DNA from: an uncultured Pelagibacteraceae bacterium
GTDB taxonomy: Bacteria; Pseudomonadota; Alphaproteobacteria; Pelagibacterales; Pelagibacteraceae
DNA: 64,000 bases
Direction of reading: 5' to 3'
NCBI GenBank assembly: GCA_902528375.1
Contig: CABZSS010000004.1
Span: forward strand, 8,326 to 72,325
Shown here: positions 59,377 through 64,000 of the stretch, piece after piece
Layout of the letters: each line of letters begins with the position of its first letter
Numbering within the stretch: the stretch's first letter is position 1
The notes under the pieces: model-generated
What the model was told of the DNA's origin: nothing
What the model saw: only the letters and a program-made list of their open reading frames with translations
Database searches by the model: none
Translations under genes and position numbers: made by a program

Positions 59377-60036
59377 ATGAACTTCATGCCCAAAATATTT
59401 ATTACTATTCTAATCTTTCTATCCTCCATATCTTTAAGCTACTCCCAAAATATTAAAGTGTTTAAGTTTACTGATGAAGAGTTAAGCAATCTTAAAGTCA
59501 GAAAAGTTCGTGGGGCCAAAAATATGACTGAATACAACATTTTAACTGAAGATGGTTTAAATATATTAAAAGCTGAGGTAGAAAATGGCGGCTCAGGACT
59601 AGGCAAGGAAGCACCTATAGACCTCAATCAAACACCATTTTTAAATATTACCTGGAAGGTTGAAAAGGGTTTACCTGGTATTGATGAAAAGTCAAAAAAA
59701 GGTCATGATTTCGCAGCAAGGTTTTTTGTTGTAAAGAAAACAGGTATGACACCATTATCGAACAAGGCAATAAATTATGTATTCTCAAGTAATTCATCAA
59801 TAGGAGAAAACTGGCCAAGTCCATACACAAAAAGTTCAATTGATTATGTTTTGTCCAGTATTGACAAGCATAAAAATGAGTGGGTTACAGTCAAAACAAA
59901 TGTCAAAGAAGACTTTAAAAGATTTCATAATTTAAATGTAGATGTTTTAGATGGTGTAGCAATCATGGTAGATACTGATCAATCAAAATCTAAGGCTATT
60001 TCTTATTATAAAAATATATATTTTTCTGAAGAATAA
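59377..60036 (+). CDS. DUF3047 domain protein
   Basis: SGLG, TPFLNITWKV, DEKSKKGHDFAAR, AINYVFSS, AIMVDTD. Confidence 0.8.
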   Translation: MNFMPKIFITILIFLSSISLSYSQNIKVFKFTDEELSNLKVRKVRGAKNMTEYNILTEDGLNILKAEVENGGSGLGKEAPIDLNQTPFLNITWKVEKGLPGIDEKSKKGHDFAARFFVVKKTGMTPLSNKAINYVFSSNSSIGENWPSPYTKSSIDYVLSSIDKHKNEWVTVKTNVKEDFKRFHNLNVDVLDGVAIMVDTDQSKSKAISYYKNIYFSEE

Positions 60037-60053
60037 GTTAATTTAAAGAATTA

Positions 60054-60455
60054 ATGAAAACTTTTACTTTCAAACTAAAAGTTTACTATGAAGATACTGA
60101 CGCAGGTGGTGTCGTGTACTATGCGAATTATCTAAAATTTATGGAAAGAGCTAGGAGTGATGCTCTTAAGAATTTGGGTTTTACTAATAAGTCATTAATT
60201 GAGGAAAATGGGACTTATATAATAGTTAAATCATGTAATATAAATTATATAAAACCTTCCTCACTTGAAGATGATTTAGAGATAAAATCGAATATAAAAG
60301 AAATTACTAAAACTTCTTTTTTTATGTCACAAAAAGTATTTAAGGGTGATGATCAAATTTCAGAGGCTGAAGTTCATTTAGTAACAATTAATAAAAAAGG
60401 TAAGCCTGTAAAAATTCCCAAAATGTTAAAAGAAGAGCTAGAAAAACTAATTTAA
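60054..60455 (+). CDS. ybgC: YbgC/FadM acyl-CoA thioesterase
   Basis: VYYEDTDAGGVVYYANYLKFMERAR. Confidence 0.88.
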   Translation: MKTFTFKLKVYYEDTDAGGVVYYANYLKFMERARSDALKNLGFTNKSLIEENGTYIIVKSCNINYIKPSSLEDDLEIKSNIKEITKTSFFMSQKVFKGDDQISEAEVHLVTINKKGKPVKIPKMLKEELEKLI

Positions 60456-61121
60456 TTTTAATACTCTTTTAAAAAGATTTTTCATTTTCTTTTCATTAAT
60501 TCGACCAGTGTTAACATTTCTTGGACTTGGATGATAACAAGCAACTAACTTGATATTTTTTGGTAGTTTGTAAATTTTTCCATGCGAAAATTTTATTTTT
60601 TCTTTAAAACTATAATTTTGTTTGAAAAAAAGAACGCAACTATCAAAAGCAATTTTTCCTAAAGCAACAATTGTCTTTAGATTTTTTAAATTACCTATTT
60701 CATTATTAAAAAATTGGAAACAGTTTACTAATTCCTCACGATTAGGTTTATCACCAGGTGGGACACATTTAAGTGCAGTAGTAATATATGCATCTGTAAG
60801 TTTTAACCCATCATTTATGTTGTCCGAATTTGATTGATTTGAAATTTTAACACCGTGTAAGCATTTATAAAGAAAATCAGAAGATTTATCACCAGTAAAT
60901 ACCCTTCCAGTTCTTGTACCACCATGAGCCGCAGGTGCTAATCCGACAAAAAGAATTTTCCCTTTTGTATCTCCAAAACCAGTGATCGGTTTACCCCAAT
61001 AAGTTTCATTTTCATATTGTTTTCTTTTTTCAACAGAAATTTTTTTTCTAAATTTTACTAACCTTGGACATTTACCACATTTGATAATAGATTGATTTAA
61101 TTTTTGAAAATTCAAATTCAT
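60447..61121 (-). CDS. Uracil-DNA glycosylase, family 5 (UdgB-like)
   Basis: C..CPRL Fe-S motif, YWGKP, GLAPAAHGGTRTGRVFTGD, YHPSPRNVNTG; probable start ATG 61121. Confidence 0.9.
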   Translation of the reverse strand: MNLNFQKLNQSIIKCGKCPRLVKFRKKISVEKRKQYENETYWGKPITGFGDTKGKILFVGLAPAAHGGTRTGRVFTGDKSSDFLYKCLHGVKISNQSNSDNINDGLKLTDAYITTALKCVPPGDKPNREELVNCFQFFNNEIGNLKNLKTIVALGKIAFDSCVLFFKQNYSFKEKIKFSHGKIYKLPKNIKLVACYHPSPRNVNTGRINEKKMKNLFKRVLKLN

Positions 61122-61122
61122 A

Positions 61123-61674
61123 ATGAAATACTTTAAAATAATACTAATCTTTTTTCTATTTTTATTAAACAAGACAAGCCTTGCTAGTGAAAATATTGTG
61201 GAAATCCTGAAAAAAGATAACAATATAATATTTATTCGTCATGCTATTGCCCCCGGAAATGGGGATCCCTCAAATTTTGATATTTTAGAATGTTCAACCC
61301 AAAGAAACCTTAGTAAAAATGGTGAATTGCAGGCGTTAAAAATTGGTAATTTTTTTAAAAAAAATGATATTAAAATAACAGAGGTATTATCAAGCGAATG
61401 GTGTAGATGTAAAGATACTGCCAAAATAGCTTTTGGGAATTATGAAACTAAAAATTTTCTCAACTCTTTTTATGATGATAGATTTTCAGAAAATAAAGAC
61501 AAACAAATTTTAGAATTTCAAAAATTTATCAGAAATTGGAATAAAACTGGAAATTTGGTATTTGTTACTCATTATGTTGTAATTTCAGAAATCTTAAATA
61601 AAGCTACAAGCTCTGGTGAAATTGTTATCACTGATTATAACTTGAAGATTCTTTCATCGTTAGAAGTCAATTAA
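61123..61674 (+). CDS. Histidine phosphatase family protein (exported)
   Basis: Signal peptide; IRHAIAPG, CSTQRNL, SSEWCRC..TA, VTH. Confidence 0.85.
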   Translation: MKYFKIILIFFLFLLNKTSLASENIVEILKKDNNIIFIRHAIAPGNGDPSNFDILECSTQRNLSKNGELQALKIGNFFKKNDIKITEVLSSEWCRCKDTAKIAFGNYETKNFLNSFYDDRFSENKDKQILEFQKFIRNWNKTGNLVFVTHYVVISEILNKATSSGEIVITDYNLKILSSLEVN

Positions 61675-61841
61675 TCCTCTTTTTTTTCAGCAAGAAAAAG
61701 AAAAATTAAAAATAATGCAGTCCATCCAATACCAATTAGACCTTTCTTGATACTAGTTTCCGCACTCCACAGATCGAAAAATAACGCTCCAATTACAAGA
61801 CCTAATACATAAATGATAATAACTGTCGTTGACTTACTCAT
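61671..61841 (-). CDS. Small 2-TM membrane protein (56 aa), not in ORF track
   Basis: MSKSTTVIIIYVLGLVIGALFFDLWSAETSIKKGLIGIGWTALFLIFLFLAEKKED; ATGA overlap with the DUF1289 stop. Confidence 0.7.
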   Translation of the reverse strand: MSKSTTVIIIYVLGLVIGALFFDLWSAETSIKKGLIGIGWTALFLIFLFLAEKKED

Positions 61842-62083
61842 TTTAAACTCTTTTTAAATAAAGATACTCCTTCTTTAATCTTATTATCATAAGATTTTAA
61901 AAATGCATCTAATTGCCAACCTGACATCCTAACTTTTAATTCTTCTAAATTTTTCTTTTTCCATTCATCGGTGGTCTCTGGGTTTTTCCAGGCAATTTTT
62001 TCTTCATTTTTTCTGGCACAACCATAGCAATGGCCTGAGATAGGATCTGTTTTACAAATACTTATACAAGGCGAAACAATCAT
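61838..62083 (-). CDS. DUF1289 Cys-rich protein
   Basis: SPCISICK...CYGCAR..EE...W. Confidence 0.85.
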   Translation of the reverse strand: MIVSPCISICKTDPISGHCYGCARKNEEKIAWKNPETTDEWKKKNLEELKVRMSGWQLDAFLKSYDNKIKEGVSLFKKSLK

Positions 62084-62165
62084 AAAATTTTTTATATTTT
62101 ACTCATAATTACACAATTATTCTAATTGGACAAATTCATTCTATAAGATATAAACCTTTTAAATT

Positions 62166-62250
62166 GGGCGAGTGGCGGAATTGGTAGACGCGTTGGTCTT
62201 AGGAACCAATATGGCAACATGTGAAGGTTCGAGTCCTTTCTCGCCTACCA
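62166..62250 (+). tRNA. tRNA-Leu (TAG)
   Basis: Acceptor stem GGGCGAG/CTCGCCT, D-loop GGAATTGGTAGAC, anticodon arm TTGGT-CTTAGGA-ACCAA, long variable arm, GGTTCGAGTCC, encoded CCA. Confidence 0.97.
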
Positions 62251-62257
62251 TATTTTT

Positions 62258-63664
62258 ATGAAAGTAACAGTAGAAACAAAAAAAGGTCTTGAGAAAAATT
62301 TAAAAGTTTTTGTTGATAAAAATACTATCAATAAAGAACTTGATGTAAAGTACGACCAATTAAAAAATGATGTAGTCCTAAAAGGATTTAGACCAGGAAA
62401 AGTTCCAAAAGATTTAATTAAAAGACAATTTGGTAAGGCAATTTACGGCGAAGTTATAGATAAAATTTTAAAAGAAACTACCACGAAAGCATTAGATGAA
62501 AAGAAGATTAAACCGGCGCTTCAACCTAAAATCGATTTGAAACAATTTGGAGAAGGTAAAGATCTCGAATATGTAATTAGTGTTACAGAGATGCCAAAAG
62601 TAAAATTAAGTACTTTAGATAGTATTAAGTTTAAAGAATATAAAGTAAATTTATCTAAAGAGGAGACAGACAAAAGAATTAAAGAAATTGCATCAAACCA
62701 AAAAAATTTTGTTGAAGTTGACCCTGCAAAAGTGGCTAATGATGGTGATTTAGTTACATTTGATTATAAAGCAACAGTAGATGGAAAGGAATTTAAAGGT
62801 AGCGAAGGTAAGAATACACAACTGGAACTAGGAAAAGATTTATTCATAAAAGGTTTTGATAAACAATTATTAAAAGCAAAAAAAGATGAGGAAGTAAAAG
62901 TAGAAGCAGTTTTGCCAGAAATCTTTCCAGAAAAAGAATTAGTTGGAAAAAAAGCGATATTCATTTGCAAAATTATTTCAGTTAAAAAACATAAACCTTT
63001 ACCAATTGATGATGAATTTGCAAAAAAACTTGGAGCTAAGGATTTAACTGATCTAAAAACTTTAGTCTCAAAACAATTAAATGACCAATATAAAAACTCC
63101 CTAGATCAAATTTCAAAAAATCAAATTTTAGAAGAGATTGAAAATTTTAAGATTGATGAGATCCCAAGCACATTAATTGAACAAGAATTGAATATACTCA
63201 ATCAAGGACTTGACAAAGCGGCAGTAGAGAAAAATAAAATCAATAATTTAAAGAGTGCAAAAAAAAGAATTAAACTTGGTTTAATTCTTAATCATATTGG
63301 TGAAGAAAATAATATAAAAGTTGAAAATTTAGAGATACAATCAGAAATTCAAAAACAAATAGGTATGATGCCTGGACAAGAAAAACTTGTTATGGACTAT
63401 TACCAAAAAAATCCAGAAGCAGCAGCCTCATTGAGGGGAAACCTTTATGAACAAAAGATAATTGATTTTATAAAATCAAAGGCAAAAAAAACTGTCAAAG
63501 AAATTGATAAATCAGAAGCAGAAAAAATTTTAAAAGAGGAAAATGAAAAAAATCTAAAAACCCAATCATCTACTGATGTTATAGGAAAAAAGACAAAGTC
63601 TTCTGAAAAGAAACCTAAAAAAGCCCCAATAAAAAAAAAAACAAAAAAAGTTAGCAAAAAGTAA
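62258..63664 (+). CDS. tig: Trigger factor
   Basis: GFRPGKVP ribosome-binding motif, FKBP domain; tRNA-Leu-tig-clpP synteny. Confidence 0.96.
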   Translation: MKVTVETKKGLEKNLKVFVDKNTINKELDVKYDQLKNDVVLKGFRPGKVPKDLIKRQFGKAIYGEVIDKILKETTTKALDEKKIKPALQPKIDLKQFGEGKDLEYVISVTEMPKVKLSTLDSIKFKEYKVNLSKEETDKRIKEIASNQKNFVEVDPAKVANDGDLVTFDYKATVDGKEFKGSEGKNTQLELGKDLFIKGFDKQLLKAKKDEEVKVEAVLPEIFPEKELVGKKAIFICKIISVKKHKPLPIDDEFAKKLGAKDLTDLKTLVSKQLNDQYKNSLDQISKNQILEEIENFKIDEIPSTLIEQELNILNQGLDKAAVEKNKINNLKSAKKRIKLGLILNHIGEENNIKVENLEIQSEIQKQIGMMPGQEKLVMDYYQKNPEAAASLRGNLYEQKIIDFIKSKAKKTVKEIDKSEAEKILKEENEKNLKTQSSTDVIGKKTKSSEKKPKKAPIKKKTKKVSKK

Positions 63665-63696
63665 TCACAAGTTGTATAAGTGAATGATTCGATTTT

Positions 63697-64000
63697 ATGA
63701 GTGAAAAATTCTTAGAGCAAATGAATACTCTGATCCCAATGGTTGTTGAGCAATCTAGTAGAGGCGAAAGAGCTTATGATATTTATTCAAGGTTATTAAA
63801 AGAAAGGATAGTTTTTTTAGTTGGTCCAATCAATGATAATGTTGCATCTTTAGTAACTGCACAACTTTTATTTTTAGAGTCAGAAAATCCAAAAAAAGAA
63901 ATTTCTTTATATATAAATAGTCCTGGTGGTTTGGTAACGGCGGGCTTGGGAATTTATGATACTATGCAATATATTAAACCTGATGTTTCAACATTATGTA
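63697..64000 (+). CDS. clpP: ATP-dependent Clp protease proteolytic subunit (5' part, truncated by window end)
   Basis: [30 protein letters not shown]...AQLLFLE...YINSPGG...IYDTMQYI. Confidence 0.96.
   Translation, partial: MSEKFLEQMNTLIPMVVEQSSRGERAYDIYSRLLKERIVFLVGPINDNVASLVTAQLLFLESENPKKEISLYINSPGGLVTAGLGIYDTMQYIKPDVSTLC

Noticed and set aside
62166-62250. tRNA-Leu as an integration site
   Set aside because: No integrase or duplicated tRNA 3' end seen; tRNA-Leu-tig-clpP synteny is intact.
284-63657. Many short track ORFs antisense to or nested in long genes (e.g. 284-613, 4489-4710, 13142-13378, 14213-14536, 19197-19574, 27882-28220, 35888-36103, 49039-49344, 63445-63657)
   Set aside because: They are shadows of well-supported genes on the other strand or frame, with no motifs of their own.
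63560-63664. Lys-rich C-terminal tail of trigger factor
   Set aside because: Such low-complexity tails are common on alphaproteobacterial Tig.
1-64000. CRISPR arrays, IS elements, prophage, long tandem repeats
   Set aside because: None found by eye; no transposase, integrase, cas or phage structural motifs among the ORFs. Subtle repeats could have been missed without computation.

Overview
A very AT-rich, gene-dense 64 kb window with tiny intergenic spaces and many overlapping start/stop codons. Gene content and order (sfu/fbp iron ABC transporter, TPP riboswitch-thiV, amtB without glnK, aprMBA, suyAB, xsc, tRNA-Leu-tig-clpP) point to a streamlined marine alphaproteobacterium, most likely Pelagibacterales (SAR11); this is inferred from recognition, not from a search. 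It holds about 75 CDS, roughly ten of them small ORFs missing from the supplied track, plus one tRNA-Leu(TAG), one variant TPP riboswitch, tandem Fur-type boxes and several terminators. I saw no IS elements, prophage or CRISPR. Most interesting: (1) a contiguous organosulfonate-to-sulfite-to-APS block (HIT-aprMBA-orf-TauE-Trx-suyBA-xsc) with no sat in the window, where the HIT hydrolase is a candidate APS-discharging enzyme; (2) a cis-CaaD/Cg10062-type tautomerase with all six catalytic residues; (3) a TPP riboswitch that has lost pyrophosphate-sensing consensus and apparently P1; (4) a two-gene Anbu protease/circularly permuted ATP-grasp system running into a glucosylglycerate operon; (5) an unannotated CxxCxxxC micro-protein in the iron operon; (6) a sxtJ-sxtK-sxtI-SGNH carbamoylation cassette; (7) tiny Lys/Arg-rich peptides. 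Functional calls rest on motif recognition and recall; no database searches were run.
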